This document shows, in pieces, positions 38,815-51,933 of a DNA stretch of 64,000 nt. Source of the stretch: Cetorhinus maximus (Eukaryota). The translations under genes were made by a program, and so were the position numbers. Position 1 is the stretch's first letter, and each line of letters starts with the position of its first letter. The DNA lies in assembly GCF_964194155.1 (NCBI RefSeq), contig NC_135887.1:39556001-39620000 (forward strand), read 5' to 3'. The notes under the pieces are model-generated. The model did not search any database. It was not told where the DNA came from and saw nothing but the letters and a program-made list of their open reading frames with translations.

Positions 38815-38904
38815 CTTTTCAGTCTCTTGTGCCTCTTGGCTAAGTTGGATGGTCTCTTCAGTTAGCCGTGCATTCTCACTCCAGGCTTGTTTCAGCTCAT
38901 TCTC
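38815..38904 (-). CDS. TSPOAP1: TSPOAP1 exon (90 nt): ENELKQAWSENARLTEETIQLSQEAQETEK
   Basis: tttacttacag|GAG AAT ... GAA AAG|gtaatg; resembles recalled ELQLRQAQNENARLVEENSRLS. Confidence 0.9.
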
Positions 38905-39339
38905 CTGTAAGTAAAAGCACACACGTTCTAACCAGGAATGGGCAGAGCATTCCAATTCAGGCTGTGCTTCAACCTTTCAGTTTATTTCCATCCACTAACT
39001 TTCAGTGGCTCATATTCCAGTAGATGGTCCAAACCCTTTCCTACCTTTCTATTCCAATAATAATTTGCTGAAATCAGAGTACAGAAGAATAAGAGACAGC
39101 TAACCTTTGGAGCAAGTAGACCCGATGACTATATCACGAATGCACAATAACCTTAATACAAGTGACAAAAAGGAAAGAGATGGCAGCAATGGTGCTGGAC
39201 ATCAGGGCAATGGTATTCCAACAGGTCAGGTCTCAGAGCAGTAAGAGACCAAGCCTCAGAGAAGCAATACACTGGACCTCGGCACAGAAATCCAGCATGC
39301 TACAGAGCAACCCCGCCTTCACATTGAGGATACCCTCCA

Positions 39340-41880
39340 TCATGTTGTATGGCACTACCACCATGCTAAATGGGATAGATTTTGAACAGATCTAGCAAGT
39401 CAAGACTGGGCATCCATGAGGCACCGTGGGCCATCAGCAGCAGCAGAATTGTACTCGAACACAATCTAACCTCATGGCCCGGCATATCCCCCACTCCACC
39501 ATTACCATCAAGCCAGGGGATCAACACTGGTTCAATGAAGGGTGCAGGAGGGCATACCAGGAGCAGCACCAGGCATACCTAAAAATGAGGTGTCAACCTG
39601 ATGAAGCTATAACACAGGAATACTTGCGTACCAAACAGCATAAGCAGCAAGTGTTAGACAGAGCTAAGCGATTCCACAACCAATGGATCAGATCTAAGCT
39701 CTGCAGTCTTGCCTCACCCAGCCGTGAATGGTGATGGAGAAGTAAACAACTCACTGGAGGAGGAGGCTCCGCAAATACCCCCATCCTCAATACGGGGGAG
39801 CCCAGCACATCAGTGCAAAAGATAAGGCTGAAGCATTTGCTACAATCTAAAGCCGGAAGTGCCGAGTGGATGATCCAACTCGACCTCCTCCAGAGGCCCC
39901 CAGCATCACAGATGCCAGTCTTCAGCCAATTCAATTCACTCCACGTGATCTCAAGAAACAGCTGAAGGCACTGGATACTGTGAAGGCTATGGGCCCTGAC
40001 AACATTCCGGCAATAGTACTGAAGACTAGTGCTCCAGAACTTGCCGCGCCCCTAGCCAAGCTGTTCCAGTACAGCTACAACACTGGCATCTACCCAGTTA
40101 TGAGGAAAATTGCCCAGGTTTGTCCTGTACACAAAAAGCAGGACAAATCCAACCCAGCCAATTACAGTCCCATCAGTCTACTCTCAATAATCAGTAAAGT
40201 AATGGAAGGGGTCATCAACAGTGCTATCAAGCAGCACTTGCTTAGCGATGCTCACTGATGCCCAGTTTGGATTCTGCCAGGGCCACTCAGCTCCTGACCT
40301 CATTACAGCCTTGGTTGAAACATGGACAAAAGAGCTGAACTCCTGAGGTGAGAGTGACTGCCCTTAGCATCAAGACAGCATTTGACTGAGTGTGGTATCA
40401 AGGAGCCGTAACAAAACTGGAGTCAGGGGGAAAACTCTCCGCTGTTTGGAGTCATACCGAGCGCAAAGGAAGATGCCTGTGGTTGTTGGAGATCAGTCAT
40501 CTCAGCTCCAGGACATCATTGCAAGAGTTCCTCAGAGTAGTTAGTGTCCCAGGCCTAGGTCAGAAGTGGGGATGTTCGCTGATGATTGCACAATGTTCAG
40601 CATCATTCGTGACTCCTCAGATACTGAAGCAGTCTATGTCCAAATGCAGAAAGACCTGGACAATATCCAGGCTTGGGCTGACAGTGGCAAGTAACATTTG
40701 TACCATACAAGTGCTAGGCAATGACCATCTCCATCAAGAGAAAATCCAACCATCGCCTCTTGGTGTTCAATGGCATTACCATCACTGAATCCCCCACTAT
40801 CAACATCCTGGGGGTTACCATTGACCAGAAACTGAACTGGACTAGCCATATAAACACTGTGACTACAAGAGCAGGTCAGTGGCCAGGAATCGTGTGACGA
40901 GTAACTCACCTCCTGACTCCCCAAAGCTTGTCCACCATCTACAAGGCACAATTCAGGAGTGTGATGGAATACTCTCCACTTGCCTGAATGAGTGCAGCTC
41001 CCACAACACTCAAGAAGCTTGACACCATCCAGGACAAATCAGCCCGCTTGATTGGCACCACATCCACAAACATTCACTCCCTCCACCACCGACTCACAGT
41101 AGTTGCCTTGGGGTGGGGGGGGCGACACCCTTCGCCTCGGGGGGCGTGGCGCGGCGACACCCCTTGCCTCGGGGTGGGGCAGCCACACCCTTCGCCTCAG
41201 GGGGCAGTGAGGAAGGGCCATTTAATCAGGCAGGAGGGCAGTGGGAGGCGACCCTGCCTACCCCAAATAAACCCAGGGTGGGAAGGCTCGTGGATAACCT
41301 TCCCACCAGCTGCCGATTTAAGGCACTTCAGGGAACAATTAATACCCACTTAAGGGCTTCACCCCACTGCGCTGGTATTCACCCAGCCGTGGGCAGGAGA
41401 CTAGCCATGCAGGAAGCTTGAAAAGTAAACCCTGTCAGGGTTGCTTACGGGCTCCTGGGGTGGAAGGTGGGGTTCCTCATTCAAAGGGACTCAGTACCTG
41501 ATCGAGGGACTCGGCATCGGAAAAGGAGGGGGTGTGCCTGTTGAGAGTTGTTCCCCTGCCCTTGTTGCCGAACTACCTCTTCTCTCACCTCCCCCATCCT
41601 GTCATCACTCACCTGTGGCCTGGGTCCCTCAGTGATCTTAGACCTCAGGCGGGTGCATTAGTAGCAGCAGCAGCCATTGCTCCCACTGCCAGCCTCTGAT
41701 TGGACAGAAGCTCTTGGGGCGAGGAGGGGCGGGATTTCCACCCCCAAAGGCCTACACCAGATGGACTGCAGCGGTTCAAGAAGGCAGCTCACTGCCACCT
41801 TCTCAAGGGCAGTTAGGGATGGGCAATAAATGCTGGGCCAGCCAGCGACACCCACATCCCATGAATGAATATTGAAAAAA
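39340..41880 (+). mobile_element. LINE family A, long ORF2 fragment; GC-rich insertion at ~41105-41750
   Basis: KAMGPDNIPAIVLKTSAPELAAPLAKLFQYSYNTGIYP...PISLLSIISKVMEGVIN; 3' tail at ~41810-41875. Confidence 0.88.
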
Positions 41881-42970
41881 ATCCCTGTCAGAATGATGTC
41901 TGCTTGACCACACTTTCTAACCTGTCAGTTTAATTTCACCACAGGTGTGAAACATGGGGAAGGCCTGCCGCTGCCCAGTTAAGTGCCTAATGGGCACTTA
42001 AAACTGCAGGCCTTCCTAAAAAGAGGCAGAGTGGGGCTCTCACTGGCTCTTCAGCCAGTGCGCAAGACCCCGTCGCCTCTTCTAAGTACCGCCCACCGTG
42101 ACAACGTACATCAGAGCAGCAAACTACAAATCCCATGGGTTGGAGCAGCCACACATTTGGAGCAAAAGGAGAGAATTATATTCAAAAAGCCTCAAAGCTA
42201 TTTACTAAAACCGAACAAAGGAATGCCAGGCAAGTCAGTGAACTTCAGTAATAATTTTGGTTTGTAATCACATGGTTCAAACCTGGAAAAAAATTCAGTG
42301 GCAGCTATCACAGCCATATGTACAAACTGAGCACCATCACCAACTGCAGAGGTAGCAACAGCAAGAGGCTATGTAAATACCTGGCACACCAGATCATATC
42401 CCTAAACACCACTCATTTCCAATAATGGACAGCAACAGTTCGGCTCATTGATAAATTTATTTAATTTCAATCCTTATGAAACCTTTTTTCACATGGAATT
42501 TCCTGAGCTCATGGATTGCTAGTTGTCTAAAGGTCTGGCCAGCCTCAGATTAAAAAGAAATCCACTCTGCAAGTGACAAATAATGATGGGATGATTCAAC
42601 GTGTAACTGGGTACTCGTGCGGCTCATGTACTGCGCAGTAACTTCTCGATGCTCTGGGTGGACAGGGGTTTAGCCACTAGCTGTTCACTGCTCTTAAACA
42701 AAGTGGGATCTTAAATAAAGTGAGATTTACTGCTGCCTTGCAGGCCATGTCAACAAATAGCCACTATCAGGTTTAACGTCTCCTTGATTAAGGGGATAGT
42801 GCACAATTGTGAGCTCAGCATTAGCCCAATCACCCATAGCTAGCTCACCTGTTTTGGCTGGAAAATGTGAAAATCTGGCCTCAATATACTTTGCATCAAA
42901 ACAGAAACCTTACACAAACTTAATTGGAATAATCAAAAATTCCAAAATACAATTTTTACATAAAAATTAT

Positions 42971-43687
42971 GGGTGGAATTAAATACCCCCCAAAAACCCT
43001 GGAGATGGGTTTCAGAGGTTGGGGGTGGCGGGCGTTTGATCAAGCGGGAAGATGCAGATTGGGGACCCTGCCACCTTCACGTTTTCCTGATCAAGTTCAG
43101 GGCAGGAAGGGTAGAGAGCAGTCTTCCTGCCCAGAGACCAATTGAGGCCCTTAAGTAGCCACTGGTTGGCAAGGGACTTGCTGTGTGAGAAAACCGCTCA
43201 GCAAAACCTCTTGGGTTTGCCTGTGTCCTAGTTGGGGGTAATCCCTTGTTCTCAGGAACTCTGCCCGATCAAGAAATCCAGGTCCAGGGACCGGGGGCCC
43301 GCTTAAAGCCACCTCCCCTACCCCTGCCTCCTGCCTCACCTGCGCCCACCCTCCTCCACGATCCCCATCCCACCGCACTCACCTCTGTCTGGAGATCCAG
43401 CGGTGATCCTCAATGTAGGCTGGAGTGTTCTACCTGCAGTGACTACCACTCCCAGTGGTACTGTCAGTATTCAAGAGCTGCTGACTTCTCATTGGCCAGC
43501 AGCTCTTGGGGTAGGATTTTAGCTCTATCGGGGGGTCTTGATTGTATGGGAGACCCGATGCTGTCCTGCCAAGTGCCTGATGGTCTCGTAATAGCATCGG
43601 GCCTCCCAGTGACAAATGACGTAAGGTTCTTCCACCAGCTTACCAACTGGTAGATGGGACTCCCGTCACACATAATAAATTCCACCC
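42971..43687. mobile_element. Harbinger-type MITE
   Basis: TIRs gggtggaatt / aattccaccc with 3-bp TSD TAT. Confidence 0.7.
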
Positions 43688-43696
43688 TATATGCTT

Positions 43697-43697
43697 A

Positions 43698-43740
<43 letters not shown>

Positions 43741-43802
43741 ATATAGATAGATAGATATACACACATAGACATGTGTGTGCATATATAATATATATATATA
43801 TA
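43697..43802. repeat. (GT)n/(AT)n/(AGAT)n compound microsatellite
   Basis: Direct inspection. Confidence 0.9.
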
Positions 43803-44016
43803 CTCACCTGTTACAAACACATACATAATTCTACTAACTGTACAAATGCTACATATAAAATTGTGTACACACTTCTACAATAGGTTCAGCTTGCATATTT
43901 CATATTACACACACTTACTATTCAAGACTCTCACGACACGGTGAGAGACAGATGAGCCTTTCCTATTCTCACACTGTTTCACATTTATACGTTAAAACAG
44001 ATGGGAGCACACATAC

Positions 44017-44100
44017 CAGATCCTCACATATCCGCTGGCGTTTCTTTATCTCTTGCTCATGGCTTTCACATTCTTTCCGTTTTTTACATAATTCTGTTTC
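44017..44100 (-). CDS. TSPOAP1: TSPOAP1 exon (84 nt): ETELCKKRKECESHEQEIKKRQRICEDL
   Basis: tattcttcccag|GAA ACA ... GAT CTG|gtatgt; resembles recalled ESELSKKRKKCESLEQEARKKQRRCEEL. Confidence 0.92.
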
Positions 44101-44960
44101 CTGGGAAGAATAAACAAAATATTGTTGGGACTATTTTACAACCATAATTGGACAAAAATCCAGGAGGTGGCGATGATGTTTATTTACATTGGCAACAAAC
44201 ATCTTTAATCACTAAGCACTGATTATCCTCCTTGTGAGGGAGGTAATCAGGTCTCTTTAGTATTGGCTCCAAGATGGAGGTTAGAGCAGTCTACCCCTCT
44301 CACTATCATGGTTCATGAGCTATGCAAATCCACAGCTTTCCAGAACACTATTGACCTACCAAACTGGTTCATTAATAGGACCTAGAAGGGTGGACCTGCC
44401 ACTGTGGCCAAGACTCTTCCCACTCATTTCTGGATTAGCCTGCAAGCTAATGCCTTAATCATAATGTGGTTTTGACTGTACATGCGGCATACTGGCACCT
44501 TGCATTGTTCATACTGGGTAAACTCCATCCATAGTACTGCCACAAGTGGGGATTCAGATTTGCCAACCTGCTCTTACACTATCTGGGCTAAGAAAAGTTG
44601 GGCACGTCTCTACAGGGAGAGAGTGTAAATTCAAACCGATGGTCTACTTCTACAGCTTGGCATGTAGTCTCTGAATATGGTGATAGGTTCCATATGTGTC
44701 ACACACCCAGCTAATAAAGAAAATGCATAATAACTTCACGGAAACAAAATGGAAACATTCAATTTTAAAAATTACATTTCAGAAATATCCAAACAGCACC
44801 ATTAAAACCTACAGTCTGATCTAAAACTGCACAGAAAGAGTTACTATTGTGAGTGTAACACCACCAGTTTTGGGAAGTTCTTCCAGACCCACTGACCTAG
44901 TATTTACTGGGACCAAGTAAGTCTGATCCACTACCCCAGAGGGAGTTGGGGTCAATCCTG

Positions 44961-45332
44961 AGGGGAAGACGGTGGTGTAGTAGTAATGTCGCTGGGCTAG
45001 TAACCTAGAGACCCAGGCTAATGCTCTGGGGGCATGGGTTCAAATCTTACACGGCAGTTAATAAATCTGGAATATAAAGCTAGTCTCAGTAATGGTGACA
45101 ATGAAATTATCATCATGATGTAAAAACCCACCTGGTTCACTTTAGGGAAGGAAATCTGCTATCCTTACCTAGTCTGGCCTACATGTGACTCCAGACCCAC
45201 AGCAATGTGGTTGACTCTTAACTGCCCTCTGAAATGACCTAAGAAGGTCAGTTCAAGAGCAATTAGGGATCGGCAACAAATACTGGCCTTGCCTGTTACG
45301 CCCATATCCCATGAAAGAATAAGAAATAAAAA
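44961..45332 (+). mobile_element. tRNA-derived SINE, same family as 28565-28960
   Basis: A-box-like ggtggtgtagtagtaa, B-box-like gggttcaaatc, LINE-A-type tail and A-rich end. Confidence 0.78.
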
Positions 45333-46439
45333 GTTCATCCCTGATTCTGGGGTAATGATATGATGTTTGGGGGAGCTGGGTGGCAGGCACTTGGCCAGCC
45401 AGGGGAAAGCACTGCAGCTCCTCCTGGCCCACAAGCAGCATTGTAAAGGCACTTACCCTTCTCCCCAAAGTAGTCCTTGCTTCAGCTGCTGAGCTTCCCA
45501 AGACTTGGGAAACCCAGCAGGCCACAGTAAAATTAGCAAAGCAGTTTAACTCAGAGGCTGCCAGCATCATTAGCACTTTTAAATGCCAACCCGCCTCCTG
45601 GGAGCAGATTGGTTGGTTACCCTTTGTCCCGCCTCCATAAAAAAACATAAGATGCTAGGCTGCAGCTGGCTTCCTGACACGCTTGAAATTTTTCCTGATT
45701 TAGCCTTCAACCTGTGTTCAATCCCATGTGCTCACCGATGGTAAAAGTCCCCCCCCCCACTGAGTGGGAACAGCACCTTGAACAGTCAGTATTTAGAGAT
45801 CTGGTGTTATAGCACTTCATTCTATTATTGTCATCCCACTCTGCCAACGCTTTTTTCACCACACGTTCTGCTGCTTCAGTATCTGAGCTGGGTTGCACAT
45901 CAGAAAGTCAATGCTCAGTACTTTTCAATAATTCAGAGGCATTAGGGAACATTACTTTTAATCTGAATTCAAAAGCCAAACAGAGTTTAAAAAATTAAAA
46001 ATGATGCCGGGTGACTGAATTATCAGTGGCATGTATGATTTGAATCACCGCTCCATCCTGTTTCAACATTGTCTTCCTCTCAGCAATGCTTTCCAAACCT
46101 GAATCTGACTCTATAGCTCCTGATAACTTTTTCAGTCATACCCTGCTAATATCATTCAAGAGAATTTATAAAGTCTTTCCTGCAAATGCAGGAAAGAGTA
46201 ACAAATGTTGGCTACCACAGATTTGGGTACAGTCCCTGAATTTTGCTACGCGTTTGAGACACCAATTATACAGTCAGGGTAAACCATACCCCTCTGCAGT
46301 TCAAAGCCTGGATCATGTCTCCAATTAATTTGTTGTTAAGTGTAAACAAGTTTGGTCTGATTACTCATATTTCATACCTGTGGTGAAATTAAATTGTCAG
46401 ATTAGAACATGTTGTCAAGCAGACATTCTGACAGGGATA

Positions 46440-48420
46440 TTTTTATTATTCATTCACGGGATGTGGGCATCGCTGGCTGGGCCCATTTATTGCCCATCCC
46501 TACCTGCCCTTGAGAAGGTGGTGGTGAGCTGCCTTCTTGAACCGCTGCAGCCCATGTGGTGTAGGTACACCCACAGTGCTGTTAGGAAGGGAGTTCCAGG
46601 ATTTTGACCCAGTAACAGTGAAGGAACGGCAGTATATTTCCAAGTCAGGATGGTGAATGACTTGGAGGGGAATTTCCAGGTGGTGGCGTTCCCATCTATC
46701 TGCTGCCCTTGTCCTTCTAGATGGTAGTGGTCGTGGGTTTGGAAGCTCCTGTCTAAGGAGCCTTGGTGAATTCCTGCAGTGCATCTTGTAGATGGTACAC
46801 ACTGCTACTGCTGTGCCTCAATGGTGGAAGGAGTAAATGTTTGTGGATGTGGTGCCAATCAAGCGGGCTGCTTTGTCCTTGATGGTGTCAAGCCTCTTGA
46901 GTGTTGTGGTTGCTGCACTCATCCAGGCAAGTGGGGAGTATTCCATCACATTCCTGACTTGTGCCTTGTAGATGGTGGACAGGCTTTGGGGAGTCAGAAG
47001 GTGAGTTACTCATCGCACGATTCCAAGCCTCTGACCTGCTCTTGTAGCCACAGTTTTTATATAGCTAGTCCAGTTCAGTTTCTGGTCATTGGTAACCCCC
47101 AGGATGTTGATAGTGGGGGATTCAGTGAAAATAATGCCACTGAATGTCAAGGGACATGGTTAGATTCTCTCTTGTTGGAGATGGTCATTGTCTGGCACTT
47201 GTGTGGCGTGAATGTTACTTGCCACTTGTCAGCCTAAGCCTGGATATTGTACAGGTCTTGCTGCATTTGCACATGGACTGCTTCAGTATCTGAGGAGTTG
47301 CAAATGGCGCTGAACATTGTGCAATCATCAGCGAACACCCCCACTTCTGACCTTATGATGGAAGGAAGGTCATTGATGAAGCAGCTGAAGATGATTGGGT
47401 TGAAGACACTACACTGAAGAAATCCTGCAGTGAGGTCCTGGAGCTGAGATGACTGACCTCCAACAGCCACAACCATCTTCCTTTGTGCTAGGTATGACAC
47501 CAACCAGTGGAGAGTTTTACCCGATTCCCATTGACTCCAGCTTTGCTAGGGCTCCTTGATGCCACACTCAGTTAAATGTGCCCTTGATGTCAAGGGCAGT
47601 CATTCTCACCTCATCTTGGGAGTTCAGCTCTTTTGTCCATGTTTGAACCAAGGCTGTAATGAGGTCAGGAGCTGAGTGGCTCTGGCTGAACCCAAACTGG
47701 GCATCAGTGAACAGGTTATTGCTAAGCAAATGCTACTTGATAGCACTATTGATGATATCTTCCATTACTTTACTGATGATGGAGGGGAGACTGATGGGGC
47801 GGTAACTGGCTGGGTTGGATTTGTTCTGCTTTTTGTGTACAGGACATACCTGGGCATTTTTCCACATAGCCGGGTAGATGCCAGTGTTGTAGCTGTACTG
47901 GAACAGCTTGGCTAGGGGCGTGGTAGGTTCTGGAGCACAAGTCTTCAGTACTATTGCCAGAATATTGTCAGGGCTCATAGTCCTTGCACAATCCAGTGCC
48001 TTCAGCTGCTTCTTGATATCACATGAAGTGAATCAAATTGGCTGAAGACTGACATCTGTGATGCTGGGGACCTCTGGAGGTGGCTGAAAAGGATCATCCA
48101 CTCAGTACTTCTGGCTGAAGAGTGTATCAAATGCCTCAGCCTTATCTTGTGCAATGATGTGCTGGGCTCTCCCATCATTGAGGATGGGGATATATGTGGA
48201 GCCCCCTCCTCCAATGAGTTTTTTAATTGTCCACCAACATTCACGACTGGATGTGGCAGGACTGCAGAGCTTAGATCTGATCCGTTGGTTGTGGGATTGC
48301 TTAGCTCTGTCTATCACTTGCTGCTTATGTTGTTTGGCACGCAAGTAGTCCTGTATTAGCTTCACCAGGTTGACACCTCATTTTTAGGTATGCCCTCTTG
48401 CACTCTTCATTGAACCAGGG
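46440..48420 (-). mobile_element. LINE family A, ~2-kb 3' portion, inverted relative to the 39340 copy
   Basis: PDNILAIVLKTCAPE, FSCFINDLPSIIRSEVGVFADDC (RT catalytic motif) and 3' tail at ~46445-46510. Confidence 0.88.
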
Positions 48421-49859
48421 TTACCAGGGGCTTACCAGGAGCAATCGAAGACTGGAGTATATAAACTGGGTTACATGCCATGAATTACAGCACAGGTATC
48501 CGAAGGAAGAACTCCAGAAACAATACACTTGCTGCTAGCAGTTTACCACACACAAACTTGAAAAGACAATTTCCAGCTACTATACCAAAACATGGCTACC
48601 AGGGCTAGCTAACAACATACATACAATCTTGTTCGCAGTCAAGCATTTGGCTCTGACTGCAGAAGTAAGCAACTCTTTTCTGAAATGAACACGGTGTGAA
48701 CTGACAATGTTCAACATAGAAAATAGCCAACATTGCCATGTTCAAGACCTCACATATGTTGAATTCATTTCCTGAGCTTCTCCCCATTCAAAGGAGCCCA
48801 ACTTATACCAATTCCATCCTCTGCTTGTCTAGAAGAAGCTTTTGAATCACATTTGGAGATGCCTGATCAATGGGCTCCCAATAGTTAACTCAACAACAAC
48901 TTCCATCTAACTTGGAACACCCCATTCTACACACACTTTCCAGCAAAACAACAAGCACAAGGAGACCTGTAGTCAGGTGCTCTAAGACAATTAGATCTAT
49001 ACTTCAGTAGGCAATTCACTACAGTGTCAACAGCTTGTACTGGGCTTCCAATAAGTAGTCCTCATCACATCGATGGAGCAGGAAAATAAGGCCACCAGAA
49101 AACTTACTGTAGAAATTATTACATTTTAAAAGGACCTGCTAAATGCAGCATCAGTAACATCACAACTTGATTTGCAAACAGAAATGGAAAATGAAGGCAG
49201 CATAGCCCCATAGCTCTACAGAACTGCAATTTGGATAGACTGAGGACTCTGCATCCATATTCCCTTCCACTGATGGCTTTTCTCAATAGCTAAACAACAT
49301 GTTTAGATATGAATGATGTTAATAGGTTCAATGTCCAGTCTCATTATTGCACCTGTCAGCTATTCAGCAAATGGGCTGATCAGGTACAAATCTCTCACAT
49401 TCATTTCAAAGATCGCCCATCCAACAGATGTTAAACTTACTGCTCTATACATTCCTGTTCTTCTCTCGATCCTTTTTAAAAATATTAGAATATTACCTAT
49501 TTTCCAAGCCTTGCCAGTGCAACTAATCATTAACTTGACTCTGATGTAGCAAGCTGCATCAAAGGCTATTACTCTGATCATAGTTTTCAAAGTATAAAGT
49601 AAAACCATATGCACTGATGTAAGTGGTGTGCTCTAAGTACAGATTCTGTTTTAACATCACATAACCACCATAACATAACAGCTACCTTAAGTCAGTTCTC
49701 AACATTTTAGTGTGACTCTAACATCTGCTGCAATGTCCTCTGTACCGGAGCAAATCCCCAAAGCCTAAATGAGTTACTATGCCCAGCCCAAAAATCTATC
49801 ACAAATTCCTTTGCTGTACATCAGTATCTAAACACAAGCCCTCACCTACAAGGAAATGT

Positions 49860-51933
49860 CATCAATCTCTGAACTGCTGCAGACTCCCACTGGGGGATAG
49901 ACACTGTCCTCTGCAGCCAAGAGCGTGAGTCTCAATGGCAGTATTGTCTGCCTGGTGCTAAATTTAAGGACATCTCCTCAGGACTGGAGAGGAATTTGGA
50001 GTGGGAGGGGAAGGATCTTGTTGTCGTGGTCCATGTGGGTACCAAAAACGTGGGTATGACAAAGAGGATGTTCTGAGGGAGCAGGAGCAGCTAGGGGTGA
50101 AATTGAAAAGCAGAACCACAAAGGGTAATAATTTCTGGATTACTACCTGAGCCACAATTGGCATAGGGTAAATAAGATCAGAGAATTGAATGCATGGCTC
50201 AAAGATTGGTGTGGAAGAAATAGATTTCAATTCATGCCAAGGAAAGAGGGAGCAGTGCCATTGGGATAGCCTTCACCTGAACCGCGCTGGGACCAATGTA
50301 CTGCCGAATCATATAACTAGGGCTGTAGAGAGGGCTTGAAGCTGGAGAGTTGGGCCGGGGTGATGGGGGGGTGGATCGCGGTGGGGCAGGGGAAGAGGGT
50401 TCACATGAGATGATATTTGGAAAGTTAAATAGAAATTTCAAGACAAGCAGGATAGCGCTGCGGGTAATGATAACCAGAGTGTGACAGGAAGGGACAGAAT
50501 ATGATAGGAAGGGACAGAGCGTACAAACATAAGAGTGCATCAGCTAATAAGGTCAGAGTAGGCAAAAATGATTAAAAAAACAGAATTAAAGGCTCTTTAT
50601 CTTAAAACATGCAGCATTTTTAACAAGGTGGGTGAATCAATAGCATAAATAGAAATAAGTGAGTAAATGATGGCCATTACAGAGATGTGGTTGCAAAGTG
50701 ATCATGGTTGGGACATGAACATTCAAGGCTATTTCACATTTTGCAAGGACAGGAAGAATTGGAAAGGAGGTGCAGTAAATAGAGGATGAGATCAATACAG
50801 TAGTGAGAAATGATCTTGGTTTGGAGGTTCAAAATGTTGAATCATTTGGGTGGAGATAAGAAATAGCAAAGGAATGAAGTCACTGATGAGAGTGGTTTAT
50901 AGGCCTCTAAAAGTAGCTACAGTGTAGGATAGTATAAAAGTCAAGAAATAGTGCAGGCTTGTAAGAAAGATACTGCAACAATCATGGGAGATTTCAATCT
51001 TCATGTAGATCGGACAAATCAAATCGACAAAGTTAGCCTTTGGATAAGCTCATCAAGTGTATTCAGGACAGTTTTTTTGAACAGTACATGCTGGAATAAA
51101 CCAGGGGACAAGCTATTTCAGTCCTGGTAATGTGTAATGAGACATGATTAATTAATGACCTCATAGTAAAGGATCCTTCAGGTAGCAGAGATCATAACGT
51201 TACAGAATTTCATGTTCAGTTTGAGGGTGAGAATTTGGGTCTGAAACCAGGGTCTTAAATTGAATAAAGGTAATAACACGGGTATGAAGGCAGAGGTGGT
51301 TTAAGTGGAATGGGAAAAATAAGTTAAAAGGTAAGATGGTAGAAAAACAATGGCAGACATTTAAGTAGATATTTCATAAATCGCAACAAAAATATACTCC
51401 ATTGAGAAAGAAAGGCTCTACGAGAAGGATGCACCCATCTGTAGCTAACCAAGGAAGTTAAGGATGATATCAAATTGAAAGATGTACGCTGCTGCAAAGA
51501 TCAATGGTAGGCCAAAAGATTGGGAAAATTTTAGAAACCCGCAAAAGATGACTAAAACATTAATAGAAGAGCGAGATATTGTATAACAGAAAACTAGCAA
51601 GAAATATAAAAACAGACAGTAAGAGCTTCTACAAGTATATGAAAAAGAATAAGTAGCAAAAGTGAGCGTTTTTCCCTTAGAGAGAGACACTTGGGGAATT
51701 AATGAGAAACAAGGAAATGGCAGAGACTTTGAACCAGTATTTTGTATCTGCCTGCACAATAGATGACACAAAAAGCATCCCAAGAATAGTAAAAAAAAAA
51801 GCAGGGGGCAAAGGGAAAGGAGAAACTTAAAAGAATCATGACCACTGGAGAAATGCTCCAGGAAAACTAATTGGACTAAAGGCTGACAAGTTTCCTGGAC
51901 CTGATGGTCTGCATACTAGGGTCTTAAAGGAAG
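49860..51933 (+). mobile_element. CR1 (family B) 5' part: ORF1 esterase-like remnant and ORF2 endonuclease; truncated by later insertion
   Basis: VVVHVGT, IMGDFNLH and KFPGPDGLHTRVLKEV remnants; ends abruptly at tgtatag (51934). Confidence 0.75.

Noticed and set aside
42849-42857. Apparent 9-nt microexon (ttccag|CCA AAA CAG|gtgagc)
   Set aside because: It lies in what looks like the end of a repeat, and the homologous coiled coil needs no insert here.
44961-45060. tRNA gene
   Set aside because: The A/B-box-like motifs belong to a SINE head that continues into SINE body and tail; no intact cloverleaf.
45707-46140. Protein-looking ORF (EAAERVVKKALAEWDD) and adjacent frames
   Set aside because: Frames are broken by stops, there are no fitting splice sites, and I recognise no family.
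46174-46197. Short palindrome tctttcctgca-aa-tgcaggaaaga
   Set aside because: An 11-bp stem with no context; too small to interpret.
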